Source: an uncultured Bacteroidales bacterium
GTDB taxonomy: Bacteria; Bacteroidota; Bacteroidia; Bacteroidales; UBA1402
Assembly: GCA_964411555.1 (NCBI GenBank)
Contig: CAYPLF010000001.1
Location: forward strand, 52,593 to 116,592
Direction of reading: 5' to 3'
DNA: 64,000 nt
Shown: piece after piece, positions 8,869-18,244 of the stretch
How positions within the stretch are numbered: the first letter of the stretch is position 1
How the letters are laid out: every line of letters begins with the position of its first letter
The notes under the pieces: model-generated
Told to the model about the DNA's origin: nothing
What the model saw: the letters and a program-made list of their open reading frames with translations, nothing else
The model's database searches: none
Position numbers and translations under genes: made by a program

Positions 8869-9687
8869 TGTAACGGGATATCGGGTTTGTTGAGCCCCTT
8901 TGAAAATTGCTTTGATTTTCCCCACGCGTATGGGTGACTCCACCATGAGTGGAATGTTGTTCCCATCGGTTGAAATCCACATTTTAAGGACATCTCCACG
9001 TTTGAACACCTTACCTGCCACCAAGGATATACTGAAGGCATGAGCTTGAAACGAGCCTGTCTTATGCAGTTTGATGCGTTCTTTTCCAAGATAGGTCATA
9101 TAAACCTTGTATTCCCCATCGTCCATCCGAATGGACACCTCCATTTTCTTGCCCACTTTAAACGACTCCAGACCCTCCAGGCAACGCAAACGATAAATAC
9201 TGGTCAAGATGTCAAAACCGCATTCGGTTGTCTCGTCAACCAACTGTGGTTTCCACTCTTTCTTTCTATACAATTGCGTGGTCACTTTATATCCGGTTGA
9301 ACTTGGACTGAACGTAAAAATATCAATCCCATGCCATGCATCCTCGTGGGTGTATTTATACGATTTATAAGGGACAATCGTGGAGCTGTCTATATACGTT
9401 ATCATGGTATCCCTGACAGAAAACATTCCATCAAAGGAAGGATCGGTTTTACCAACCAAACTTAGTTGCCATGCGGCACGTTGATTCCACGTTGTTTTTT
9501 TTATTTTGAACTCGGCCGAACCAGCATTAACCCAAATAAAGCCTAAATTATAATACAATTGATAGGAAAGCCGTTCACCAGCGATCAATACGGTAGGACG
9601 AACATTACACAATCCGTATGCTCTTTCAGGCAATACCTGAATCATGAATAAGGTCAGTACATAAACTATCAACAAATTTCTTTTCAT
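8854..9687 (-). CDS. DUF3108-like secreted protein
   Basis: 277 aa with an N-terminal signal peptide. The GERLSYQLYYNLGFIWVNAGSAEF pattern is typical of the DUF3108 family as I recall it. Confidence 0.55.
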   Translation of the reverse strand: MKRNLLIVYVLTLFMIQVLPERAYGLCNVRPTVLIAGERLSYQLYYNLGFIWVNAGSAEFKIKKTTWNQRAAWQLSLVGKTDPSFDGMFSVRDTMITYIDSSTIVPYKSYKYTHEDAWHGIDIFTFSPSSTGYKVTTQLYRKKEWKPQLVDETTECGFDILTSIYRLRCLEGLESFKVGKKMEVSIRMDDGEYKVYMTYLGKERIKLHKTGSFQAHAFSISLVAGKVFKRGDVLKMWISTDGNNIPLMVESPIRVGKIKAIFKGAQQTRYPVTKPLP

Positions 9688-9697
9688 GACGCATACC

Positions 9698-11530
9698 TTA
9701 ACGTCCTAATTTATTCTCTTTTTTTGCTTGAATTCCTGTAGGTTTCTGTTTCAACAATGGAACCACATTTACATTCCAGGTTTCTTCTTTTGTCCAATTA
9801 GCCCGTAAGCGAATTGATTCAGGGCTGTAATATACCTGTTCAGGTTGACGTTTCAACAGGTAGTCTCCCGTATCCCACTTTCCGTTACCATTTTCATCAG
9901 CAATTGCTCTTATGTAGTAGGTTCCCGGGTGAAGGAACTTGAAATCAGCCTTTTTTTGAACAAGAGTTTCCCTGCGCAACACCTTGTCAGAAGCGTCCAA
10001 CAATTCTACAAACCCTTGGCCTTCAATGCCTTCAACCGATAGGATCAATCGAGAATATTGATCCTCTTCTCTTACCTTAAAACTGATTATTTGTTGGTTG
10101 TTCGCAAAACCATATATGCTTTTTATTGCACCAGAATCCAATCTCAACTTGTAGCTAGCTCCATATTCCCAAGGAACTATGAGCTTAAACTTACGCAGTG
10201 AAATACTATCAGGCAATATCCTGAAAGGCTCTTTTTTCCAGATCGTATCTACTTTTTTGTATAAAGTCCATGCTTCATCAGGCATTTCAACAACAGGAGT
10301 TTCCATGGTAATAAGGGGCTCTTGATTCATTTCCACCACATCGGAAACATCCACTTGTACATTAAGATAGCGTATTTCAGGAGTCATTTCCACCTTATCC
10401 TCTTTTTTCCTGCGGTTATCGGTGGGCGTTTTCGTCTTGATTGGGCGAGAAATCAATTTCAACGTATCGGTTTGAGGTCTCAGTTCATTGGTCGAATCAG
10501 TCTTAAAATAATCCAACTGCAAGAGAAGCGTATCCATCTTGATTACACTGGAATCGGTAACCCAATACCGTATCGAGTCATTTGTAGGATTTTTCTGAAT
10601 CAGATACCAATCCTGAGTCGGGGCATTCAATAAACGCAGGGAGGGCAACGAGGCTGCCGGACGATTGAAAATCAAACTGATTTGCTCCCTGGAAGGACGT
10701 TCTCGTTTTGACAGGTATTGGCGACCAAAATCCTCTGTGAAATAACGCAAAACAACATCGTCGGGTTTGTAGCAGGCCTTTGTTCGCTGATAAATGGAAT
10801 CGATGGTTGTCGAATCTTTCCAAACAGTGTCCAATTCTATACATTCTTCAACCCATGGTTCAAAAATATCATCCAGAAAAGCAATGGGTTCAGTGTGCTC
10901 GTCATAGGTATAATCCCTATCCTTATCCGACAGGGCAAAAACACGAAAGGTCTTATTCGGAAGCCCCTTTATGGAGAAGAAACCCGAATTGTTTGTCTTT
11001 GAAATCCGGGCCATCGGTTTCGTGTAAAAGGCACTGTCACTTACATCCTCATGCGCTCCTACCAACACACCCGAAATCGGGTTTAGGTTTGAAGCATCAA
11101 CAAGATAACCAGAGATGCGCAACGAATCCATGACTTCCCCTGTTGAAAAAGAAAATGCGTAATCACCAAACTTGTTTTTTTCGTTGTAATCAACAATGGC
11201 ATCGGTAAAATCAATCGTATAGGTGGTTGACTCCTTAAGCGTGTCGTTCAACTCGATCACAATCTTATCTCCTATAACCTTAATTTGGGGAGTAATGAGC
11301 TGTGGGGGAGATATGATGACTTGTTGCGTTCCCCCTTCCAGAGATATCAGTTCATCAAAAAAAAGTTGTACTTTTTTTTGATCATACAGGGTTTTATTTT
11401 CTTTAGGGACGGTTTTAATCAATTTAGGCGGAGTCACATCCTTGGGGCCACCTCCCGGGGTACCAATATGAGCACAGGCAGCAGTCAACAGAAGCACCAT
11501 CAGTAAAAAATAATAAAAAGTGTGTTTCAT
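9698..11530 (-). CDS. Ig-like (Big_5/SbsA-type) domain lipoprotein
   Basis: 610 aa. Lipoprotein signal LLLTAACAH, followed by GTPGGGPKDVTPPKLIKTVPKENKT...FFDELISL, typical of this Bacteroidetes family. Lies 10 nt upstream of the DUF3108 gene, so probably an operon. Confidence 0.55.
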   Translation of the reverse strand: MKHTFYYFLLMVLLLTAACAHIGTPGGGPKDVTPPKLIKTVPKENKTLYDQKKVQLFFDELISLEGGTQQVIISPPQLITPQIKVIGDKIVIELNDTLKESTTYTIDFTDAIVDYNEKNKFGDYAFSFSTGEVMDSLRISGYLVDASNLNPISGVLVGAHEDVSDSAFYTKPMARISKTNNSGFFSIKGLPNKTFRVFALSDKDRDYTYDEHTEPIAFLDDIFEPWVEECIELDTVWKDSTTIDSIYQRTKACYKPDDVVLRYFTEDFGRQYLSKRERPSREQISLIFNRPAASLPSLRLLNAPTQDWYLIQKNPTNDSIRYWVTDSSVIKMDTLLLQLDYFKTDSTNELRPQTDTLKLISRPIKTKTPTDNRRKKEDKVEMTPEIRYLNVQVDVSDVVEMNQEPLITMETPVVEMPDEAWTLYKKVDTIWKKEPFRILPDSISLRKFKLIVPWEYGASYKLRLDSGAIKSIYGFANNQQIISFKVREEDQYSRLILSVEGIEGQGFVELLDASDKVLRRETLVQKKADFKFLHPGTYYIRAIADENGNGKWDTGDYLLKRQPEQVYYSPESIRLRANWTKEETWNVNVVPLLKQKPTGIQAKKENKLGR

Positions 11531-11568
11531 TACGGCAACCGCTTTCGATAATCAACCATTTAAGGCTA

Positions 11569-11576
11569 CAAATGTA
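11569..11576 (-). promoter_or_regulatory. -7 element TACATTTG upstream of the Ig-like lipoprotein gene
   Basis: Exact match on the minus strand, 38 nt upstream of ATG 11530. Confidence 0.5.
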
Positions 11577-11661
11577 CAAGTATTTTGACGACCAATCGAA
11601 CTGCCGTTTCTTTTTTTAACATCTTGTAATGCTTTAAAATTACCCTCCTGTCTTTTTTTTG

Positions 11662-11669
11662 TATCTTTG
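11662..11669 (+). promoter_or_regulatory. -7 element TATCTTTG upstream of dapB
   Basis: Exact match, 13 nt upstream of ATG 11683 (22 nt upstream of ATG 11692). Confidence 0.55.
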
Positions 11670-11682
11670 GTTTTCAAAACAA

Positions 11683-12405
11683 ATGAAACCCATGAACATT
11701 GCTTTAGTCGGATACGGCAAGATGGGGCACGAGATTGAGCGAATAGCTCTGGAACGTGGCCATACTATTGTTTGTATCATTGATATTGATAACCGCCATG
11801 ATTTTGAATCTGAAGCGTTCCGTTCGGCCCATGTTGCCATCGAGTTTTCAAGACCGGATGCCGCCATAGACAATTACAGAAAGTGCTTTCAGGCTGGGGT
11901 ACCCGTCGTTTCGGGGACAACCGGGTGGTTGGAACATATGGAGGAAATCAAACAAGCGTGCAAACAAGGAAAGACCTTTTTTTACGCTTCCAATTACAGC
12001 CTTGGTGTAAATCTGTTTTTTTCATTGAACAAGCGCTTGGCCGAAATGATGAATGGATTTTCAGTATACGAACCTCACTTGAAAGAAGTGCACCACACTC
12101 AAAAGATGGACGCACCATCAGGTACCGCCATCACGCTGGCCGAGGATATCATTGAACGTTTGGACCGTAAACAACATTGGGTTGGTCATGAAACCAAGAA
12201 TCCCGATGAATTGGACATTTTATCGGAGCGAACAGGAGAGGTTCCCGGCTTTCACGAAGTTGTATACGATTCTATCGTCGATACCATTACCATTTCACAC
12301 AATGCAAAATCAAGGGTCGGTTTTGCGCTGGGAGCCGTGTTGGCTGCTGAATTCACAGCAACGCACAAAGGTTATCTTGGCATGAACGACCTATTGGGTT
12401 TTTAA
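11683..12405 (+). CDS. dapB: 4-hydroxy-tetrahydrodipicolinate reductase
   Basis: Track ORF starts at TTG 11659, inside the promoter element. Trimmed to ATG 11683 (MKPMNIALVGYGKMG). ATG 11692 is also possible. Carries the EVHHTQKMDAPSGTA motif. Confidence 0.85.
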   Translation: MKPMNIALVGYGKMGHEIERIALERGHTIVCIIDIDNRHDFESEAFRSAHVAIEFSRPDAAIDNYRKCFQAGVPVVSGTTGWLEHMEEIKQACKQGKTFFYASNYSLGVNLFFSLNKRLAEMMNGFSVYEPHLKEVHHTQKMDAPSGTAITLAEDIIERLDRKQHWVGHETKNPDELDILSERTGEVPGFHEVVYDSIVDTITISHNAKSRVGFALGAVLAAEFTATHKGYLGMNDLLGF

Positions 12406-12427
12406 CCATTGTCTTAATCCTTCACCC

Positions 12428-13909
12428 ATGAGTACAGATTCTAGTTCCATCAAAGGACAATCAAGTAAAGAATCCAAACAGAAATCTTCCGCCTCCAAAT
12501 GGGTTCGTTTTTCTATCTGGGCGATTATTGCCCTTTTGTTTGTGATATGGACCGGAAGTTTTTGGTGGTTATTGGCACTGCCACTTTTTTTCGATCTGTA
12601 TATCAGCAGGAAACTTCCCTGGAATTTTTGGAAGAAGTTTAAAAATAAGACGTTACGTACTATCTTCGACTGGATAGATGCCATAGTTTTTGCCCTGATA
12701 GCCGTATACATCATCAATATTTACTTCTTTCAGAATTACCAGATTCCTTCATCATCATTGGAAAAATCACTTTTGGTGGGTGATTTCCTGTTTGTCAGCA
12801 AGACAAGTTATGGGCCCAGGGTCCCTATGACTCCTGTTTCATTTCCGTTGGCACAACACACCATGCCCATTTTAAACACCAAATCGTATTTGGATAAACC
12901 ACAATGGGGATACAAACGCATTCCCGGATTTGGACACATCAAGCGAAACGACATTGTGGTGTTTAATTTTCCGGCTGGAGACTCAGTAATTACAAAAATC
13001 ACCAATCCTGATTTTTACACCACCTGTTACATGTTGGCTATGCAAAACGATGTATCCGTAGAAGATGCACGTCGGTTTGTACTAAGTCGGCCTGAAGATT
13101 TCGGAAAGTTGGTATATAGACCCGTAGACAAGCGGGAAAACTATGTAAAACGATGCATCGGTTTGCCGGGTGATACCCTTCAAATTGTTGATAACAGGGT
13201 TATCATCAACGGTAAACAAATTAAGGATGCCCCCAATGTCCAGTATACCTATTTTGTCCAGACCACCGGTGGATACATTTCTGAGCGACAGTTCAAAAAA
13301 TGGAACGTTTTACTGAGCGATATGGAGCTGATTCCTGAAAACAGCTATAAAATTGAACTTCAATCATCTAAGTTTAAAAAGAATGTCAATGGCGGGTACA
13401 ATCCCATTTATGAAATGCCGTTGACTCAATCTCTGTTGAAAGAATTAAAGAACAGTCCGTTCATAGACACTGTCTTTATCTCCAAAGATACCTTGGGGGG
13501 CTTTAATGAAGGAGGTCTCATGTATCCGTTGAACGAAAACAACACATGGACAAGAGATAACTACGGACCCATCTGGATACCCAAGAAAGGCACGACCATC
13601 ACCTTGAACGAATACAACCTGATGGTTTACAGCCATGTCATTATCCATTACGAGAAAAAATTGTTGGAAATGAGAGGGGGGAAACCCTACATCGATGGAA
13701 AACCTGCAACCACTTATACGTTCAACATGGATTACTACTGGATGATGGGTGACAACCGGCACAAATCTGCTGACAGCCGTGCCTGGGGATTTGTTCCTGA
13801 AGATCACGTGGTGGGCAAACCGTTGCGCATATGGCTTTCATTGGACAAAGATAAAACCTTGTTTGAGGGCAAAATCCGTTGGAAACGCTTCTTTAAGAAG
13901 GCTTCATAA
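12428..13909 (+). CDS. lepB: Signal peptidase I (long Bacteroidetes form)
   Basis: 493 aa. Box B IPSSSLEKSLLVGDFLFVSK (catalytic Ser present), box D YVKRCIGLPGD (catalytic Lys present), box E GDNRHKSADSRAWGFVP. Confidence 0.85.
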   Translation: MSTDSSSIKGQSSKESKQKSSASKWVRFSIWAIIALLFVIWTGSFWWLLALPLFFDLYISRKLPWNFWKKFKNKTLRTIFDWIDAIVFALIAVYIINIYFFQNYQIPSSSLEKSLLVGDFLFVSKTSYGPRVPMTPVSFPLAQHTMPILNTKSYLDKPQWGYKRIPGFGHIKRNDIVVFNFPAGDSVITKITNPDFYTTCYMLAMQNDVSVEDARRFVLSRPEDFGKLVYRPVDKRENYVKRCIGLPGDTLQIVDNRVIINGKQIKDAPNVQYTYFVQTTGGYISERQFKKWNVLLSDMELIPENSYKIELQSSKFKKNVNGGYNPIYEMPLTQSLLKELKNSPFIDTVFISKDTLGGFNEGGLMYPLNENNTWTRDNYGPIWIPKKGTTITLNEYNLMVYSHVIIHYEKKLLEMRGGKPYIDGKPATTYTFNMDYYWMMGDNRHKSADSRAWGFVPEDHVVGKPLRIWLSLDKDKTLFEGKIRWKRFFKKAS

Positions 13910-13932
13910 CAACCATCAATCTCCCGTTTTTC

Positions 13933-14868
13933 ATGCCTATAAAGCGACTCATCTGGATTCTACTAGCAGCCATCCTGTTTGCCGGTTTGGTTCGATCGCT
14001 TCTGCTGGATTCTTTTCGTGTAGCTACAGGAGCCATGAACGAAACATTGAATTCAGGAGACAGGGTTCTGGTTGAGAAATGGACGTTAGGCTCACGAATG
14101 CCAAACGCCATAGGTCTTCCCTTTTCAGAAGCCAAGACTCGCAACATGAAACTGATTTCAGGCACACTTAGAATACCAGGCTTATCTTCTTTGTGTCGCA
14201 ATGATTTGATTGTATTCAATGAACCACAATATGCCGACAGCCTTCCCATCAACCTTAGACCCGTTTTAATCAGTCGGTGTGTCGGTTTACCGGGAGAAGG
14301 TGTACAACTTTTCGGACAGCGCTTGTATATCAACAGGTCTTTACAAAAACGAGGCATCGATGCCCTATTTTGTTTCTGTTTCGACTCAACAGCTATCCCT
14401 TCAATACAAAGAAATGCTCCAACACATCCTTTTTACACCAGTAATGACACGTGTTTCACCTTTATAACGAAACACGACTATGCGCGTTTGGCTAAAAAGG
14501 ATACAGCATTTCGATTGTTGGTACATCCCTATATTTCCCGTTACGACACGCTGAAAACGTTTATCCCATACAAAGGTATGGCTGTTTTATTGGACTCAAC
14601 TTCATTCAACAAGTGGCAGAAATTGATCAATGCCCACGAAGGCTGTCGTCTGATACGATCAAAAGATGGGAGTTACCTGTTGAATGGCGTTCGTGTTAAG
14701 CGTTATACCTTCAAACAGGATTATTACCTGGTATTGAACGACCATCAGGGTTTTCTGAACGACTCAAGAACCTTTGGTTTGGTTCCGTCTTCCCACATCA
14801 TAGGACGAGCGTTGTTTATCCTGTTCTCACCCACTGAAAATCGATTTTTAGAACTTGTAAAGCGATAA
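13933..14868 (+). CDS. Signal peptidase I-like paralogue lacking the Ser/Lys catalytic dyad
   Basis: 311 aa. Aligns without gaps to S26 boxes, but box B is VATGAMNETL (Ala34, codon 14032-14034, where the catalytic Ser sits). Box D is LISRCVGLPGE (Ser114, codon 14272-14274, where the catalytic Lys sits). Box E is degenerate (NDHQGFLNDSRTFGLVP). Confidence 0.7.
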   Translation: MPIKRLIWILLAAILFAGLVRSLLLDSFRVATGAMNETLNSGDRVLVEKWTLGSRMPNAIGLPFSEAKTRNMKLISGTLRIPGLSSLCRNDLIVFNEPQYADSLPINLRPVLISRCVGLPGEGVQLFGQRLYINRSLQKRGIDALFCFCFDSTAIPSIQRNAPTHPFYTSNDTCFTFITKHDYARLAKKDTAFRLLVHPYISRYDTLKTFIPYKGMAVLLDSTSFNKWQKLINAHEGCRLIRSKDGSYLLNGVRVKRYTFKQDYYLVLNDHQGFLNDSRTFGLVPSSHIIGRALFILFSPTENRFLELVKR

Positions 14869-14881
14869 ATGGGCTGAGGCA

Positions 14882-16270
14882 TTATTGAAAAGTCGCCTCT
14901 ATCTCGTTGGGTGTCACAGGTAAACGCATTTTCCCGGTCAATTTACATCCGGTTTCAGTGACAATGGCATTATCCTCAATACGTATGCCACCCATTCCCT
15001 TTAACGTCGCTACCTTCTCGTAACAAATAAAATCGGCAAGACGCTTCTCGGATTGCCAGCGATCGATCAAGGCCGGAATAAAATATAGACCGGGTTCAAC
15101 GGTCAAAACAAAGCCTGTTTCCAATTTCCTAGCCAAACGCAGACTGCGTAAACCAAACTGTTCGCTTCGTTTAACCTGATCATCATACCCCACATGGTCC
15201 TCTCCCAAATCTTCCATATCGTGAACGTCCAACCCCATCATGTGCCCCAATCCGTGGACCATAAACAGTGCATGCGCACCCTCGTGAACTGCATCATCGA
15301 TATTTCCCTTCATAAAACCTAACGCCTTCAGTCCTTCGGCCAATGTACGACAACATTCCAGGTGAACGCTTTTGTATGTAATGCCAGGTTTAATCAATTC
15401 AAAAGCCCTGTTGTTTGCATTCAACACTACTTGATACAACTGTTTCTGAATCGTGGAAAAACGCCCATCAACCGGAGTGGTCCGTGTGAAATCAGAGGCA
15501 TAATGTTCGATGGATTCGGCACCTGCATCGCACAACAACATTCGACCGGAGCGCAATTTTTGACTATGGTCGTGACCGTGCAGGACATCTCCCTGCTGAG
15601 AGAGAATTACGGGAAAAGATACTCCCGCCCCAAGATTCAAAGCAATACCTTCAGCCAACGTGGCCAATTCACGCTCGCTTCTCCCTTCGTGAGCGTTTCG
15701 CATTACGACTTCATGCATCATGTAACCAATCCCTGCAGCATGCTCGATTTCCTGTATTTCTTCAGGGCTTTTGATAGACCTAAGTGCCACAACAGCCTTT
15801 ATGAGAGATAAGGAAGCGGTCTCTTTCAGCCAATCCGGATGAACTTCAACCAATGAGGACAATCGCAAGGCATTTTCGCTCCTATATGGAGGTAGATAAT
15901 GAATGGTTCGGCGTTGTCGCAACGCTTGTTTGACAACACCTTCAAGAGATGATGTTGGCAGTACCTTGGTAATGCCAACACGTTTGGCTATTTCTGAAAA
16001 ACGCTCCCTGGGTCCTGTCCAAATAATATCATCCATGGTAAGCTCATCGGCAAACAAGATGGTTTCACGTGTGTCAATATCCATCACTACAAATAAATCC
16101 GGCTGATCAATCCCTACAAAATACAAAAAATGGCTGTCCTGCCTGAACGGATAGGCATTCCCTGCATAATTAACGGGCAACTCGGTATTTCCGGGCAACA
16201 GCACCAAACCAGTAGTGAGCTGATCGCTCAATTGCCTGCGACGATCTACATAAATTCCTTTTTCAAACAT
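14882..16270 (-). CDS. Xaa-Pro aminopeptidase (M24B family)
   Basis: Track ORF 14882..16303 trimmed to ATG 16270 (MFEKGIYVDRRRQL), because a TACGTTTG -7 element occupies 16293-16300. Has M24 metal-ligand motifs (HGLGHMMGLDVHD, IRIEDN). Confidence 0.8.
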   Translation of the reverse strand: MFEKGIYVDRRRQLSDQLTTGLVLLPGNTELPVNYAGNAYPFRQDSHFLYFVGIDQPDLFVVMDIDTRETILFADELTMDDIIWTGPRERFSEIAKRVGITKVLPTSSLEGVVKQALRQRRTIHYLPPYRSENALRLSSLVEVHPDWLKETASLSLIKAVVALRSIKSPEEIQEIEHAAGIGYMMHEVVMRNAHEGRSERELATLAEGIALNLGAGVSFPVILSQQGDVLHGHDHSQKLRSGRMLLCDAGAESIEHYASDFTRTTPVDGRFSTIQKQLYQVVLNANNRAFELIKPGITYKSVHLECCRTLAEGLKALGFMKGNIDDAVHEGAHALFMVHGLGHMMGLDVHDMEDLGEDHVGYDDQVKRSEQFGLRSLRLARKLETGFVLTVEPGLYFIPALIDRWQSEKRLADFICYEKVATLKGMGGIRIEDNAIVTETGCKLTGKMRLPVTPNEIEATFQ

Positions 16271-16292
16271 GGTATTGTCTTGAGTATATGGG

Positions 16293-16300
16293 CAAACGTA
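16293..16300 (-). promoter_or_regulatory. -7 element TACGTTTG upstream of the aminopeptidase gene
   Basis: Exact match on the minus strand, 22 nt upstream of ATG 16270. Confidence 0.6.
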
Positions 16301-16332
16301 CATAAAAAACGTGGAAAAACCAGTATTTCACG

Positions 16333-16340
16333 TACCTTTG
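16333..16340 (+). promoter_or_regulatory. -7 element TACCTTTG upstream of the WbqC-family gene
   Basis: Exact match, 32 nt upstream of ATG 16373. Confidence 0.6.
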
Positions 16341-16372
16341 CCATCCATAAGTTGAATCAACCGTCATCACCT

Positions 16373-16993
16373 ATGACAACAGGACTCTTCTCTACCGCTT
16401 ATTTCGCACCGATACAGTACTACTGGCATATGAACCGGGTGGACAATGTGGTAATGGAGATGCATGAACATTACACCAAACAAACCTGGCGGAACCGCTG
16501 TACCATTGCTACGGCCAACGGACCCATGACCTTGTCACTCCCTATCGAAGCCGATCCAAGCGGAAAAGGGCCCATTCGTGACATCAGGCTGTCCGACCAC
16601 GGCAACTGGCAACATCTTCACTGGAACAGTATCGAATCGGCCTATCGTTCCAGTCCATTTTTTGATTATTACGAAGATGACCTCAGACCTTTTTTTGAAG
16701 GGAAAACACAATTTTTGGTTGATTTCAACGAAAGAATCAGGGAAACCATGTGTGAAATGATTGAGATACGGCCATTGGTGCACGCAAGTCTGGAATACAT
16801 GAACGAGCACACATTACCCGAAGGATGGCAGGATTTCAGAACACAGATACATCCCAAAAAAGATCCACAGCAGACTGGTTTTGAGGCAACCCCTTACTAT
16901 CAGGTCTTTGATCGCAAATATGGTTTTTTGCCCAATCTGAGCATATTGGACCTTGTGTTCAACATGGGACCGGAGACAGTACTTTATTTGTAA
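16373..16993 (+). CDS. WbqC-family protein
   Basis: Track ORF 16130..16993 trimmed to ATG 16373 (MTTGLFSTAYFAPIQYYWHM...), 32 nt after TACCTTTG at 16333-16340. Typical WbqC N-terminus. Confidence 0.7.
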   Translation: MTTGLFSTAYFAPIQYYWHMNRVDNVVMEMHEHYTKQTWRNRCTIATANGPMTLSLPIEADPSGKGPIRDIRLSDHGNWQHLHWNSIESAYRSSPFFDYYEDDLRPFFEGKTQFLVDFNERIRETMCEMIEIRPLVHASLEYMNEHTLPEGWQDFRTQIHPKKDPQQTGFEATPYYQVFDRKYGFLPNLSILDLVFNMGPETVLYL

Positions 16994-18237
16994 AAAAGGA
17001 AAGACATTTTATCAGGATCCAGAATCATGTTGGCAATCTCCATTAACTTTTCAGGGGTAAAGCCATCTATCTTTCGGACAAACTCTTCCATGGTATCATA
17101 ACCATTGAAATACAACATGCTCTTGCCCATGCTCAAACTCTGATTCTCCTTATTTTCAGAAGAAATCATAACCTGTCCCAACAATTGCTTGCGAGCTGCA
17201 TTCCATTGCTGCGTGGTAAGCGGTTTTTCACGCAAGCGTTTGAATTCCTTGAACAACAAGCTCAAGCATTGATCCACCTCCTGGGGGTCGGTCCCAAAGT
17301 AAACTGTAAACAAACCGGAGTCCGTAAACGAAGAAACATTCGATTCCACCGAGTAAACCAGGCCTGTTTTCTCCCTTAGGGACAAATTCAAACGACTGTT
17401 CATCCCTGGACCACCCAAAATATTGTTCAAGAAATACATGCCTGTTCTGTCTTTCTCGAACAATGAAAAATTTTCATTTCCACAAAGCACATGTGCCTGA
17501 TGTGTGTCTTTTTCAATAACAGAATGAAATCCCTGAGCCGGTATCGGCTTTTCTAAAACACGCAAAGGATTCATATTCGAGCTTGTTGAAGCAGAAACTG
17601 AACCCAAATACCGTTCACACAAACTCAAAACTCTCTTCCAGGGAAGTGGAGCCTGTGAAAAGAAAACAATACGGTCGGTGGTATACTGTTGGCGGTAAAA
17701 ACAGGTTAATGCATCCCGGCTCAACGTAGATACGGTATCAGGGTTTCCGAGAATACGATGCCCCAAAGCATGATTAGGATAAAACAACTGGTCAAAATCA
17801 TCAAAAATCAATTCGGAAGGACTGTCTTCATACACATTGATTTCATCCAAAATAACATCCTTTTCTTTTTCCAATTCATGTTCCGGGAAAGTGGAATGAA
17901 AAAACAAATCGCTCATCAATGCGATGGCCCGCTTATAATCATCCTGTAAAAACAAACTGTACAAAAACGTTTCTTCCTTGGTGGTATAGGCATTCAACTC
18001 ACCCCCGACCCGCTCCATATGATTCAAGATATGTCCGGGTTTGCGGTTGGGCGTACCCTTGAACAGCATGTGCTCCGCAAGGTGTGCCAACCCAAATCTA
18101 TCGTTTGATTCATGCCGCGATCCGGCATTTACCACCAGCCCACAGCAGGATAAGTTTCCCTGACACTCACGGTGGATGATTCGGATGCCGTTAGGCAGGC
18201 AATGTGTAAAAACAGGCGTATCGAATGGATGTTGCAT
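16984..18237 (-). CDS. M16 family zinc peptidase (pitrilysin-like)
   Basis: Track ORF trimmed to ATG 18237 (MQHPFDTPVFTHCLPNGIRII). Inverted zinc motif HLAEH is present. The 3' end overlaps the WbqC 3' end by 10 nt. Confidence 0.8.
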   Translation of the reverse strand: MQHPFDTPVFTHCLPNGIRIIHRECQGNLSCCGLVVNAGSRHESNDRFGLAHLAEHMLFKGTPNRKPGHILNHMERVGGELNAYTTKEETFLYSLFLQDDYKRAIALMSDLFFHSTFPEHELEKEKDVILDEINVYEDSPSELIFDDFDQLFYPNHALGHRILGNPDTVSTLSRDALTCFYRQQYTTDRIVFFSQAPLPWKRVLSLCERYLGSVSASTSSNMNPLRVLEKPIPAQGFHSVIEKDTHQAHVLCGNENFSLFEKDRTGMYFLNNILGGPGMNSRLNLSLREKTGLVYSVESNVSSFTDSGLFTVYFGTDPQEVDQCLSLLFKEFKRLREKPLTTQQWNAARKQLLGQVMISSENKENQSLSMGKSMLYFNGYDTMEEFVRKIDGFTPEKLMEIANMILDPDKMSFLFYK

Positions 18238-18244
18238 GATTCGG

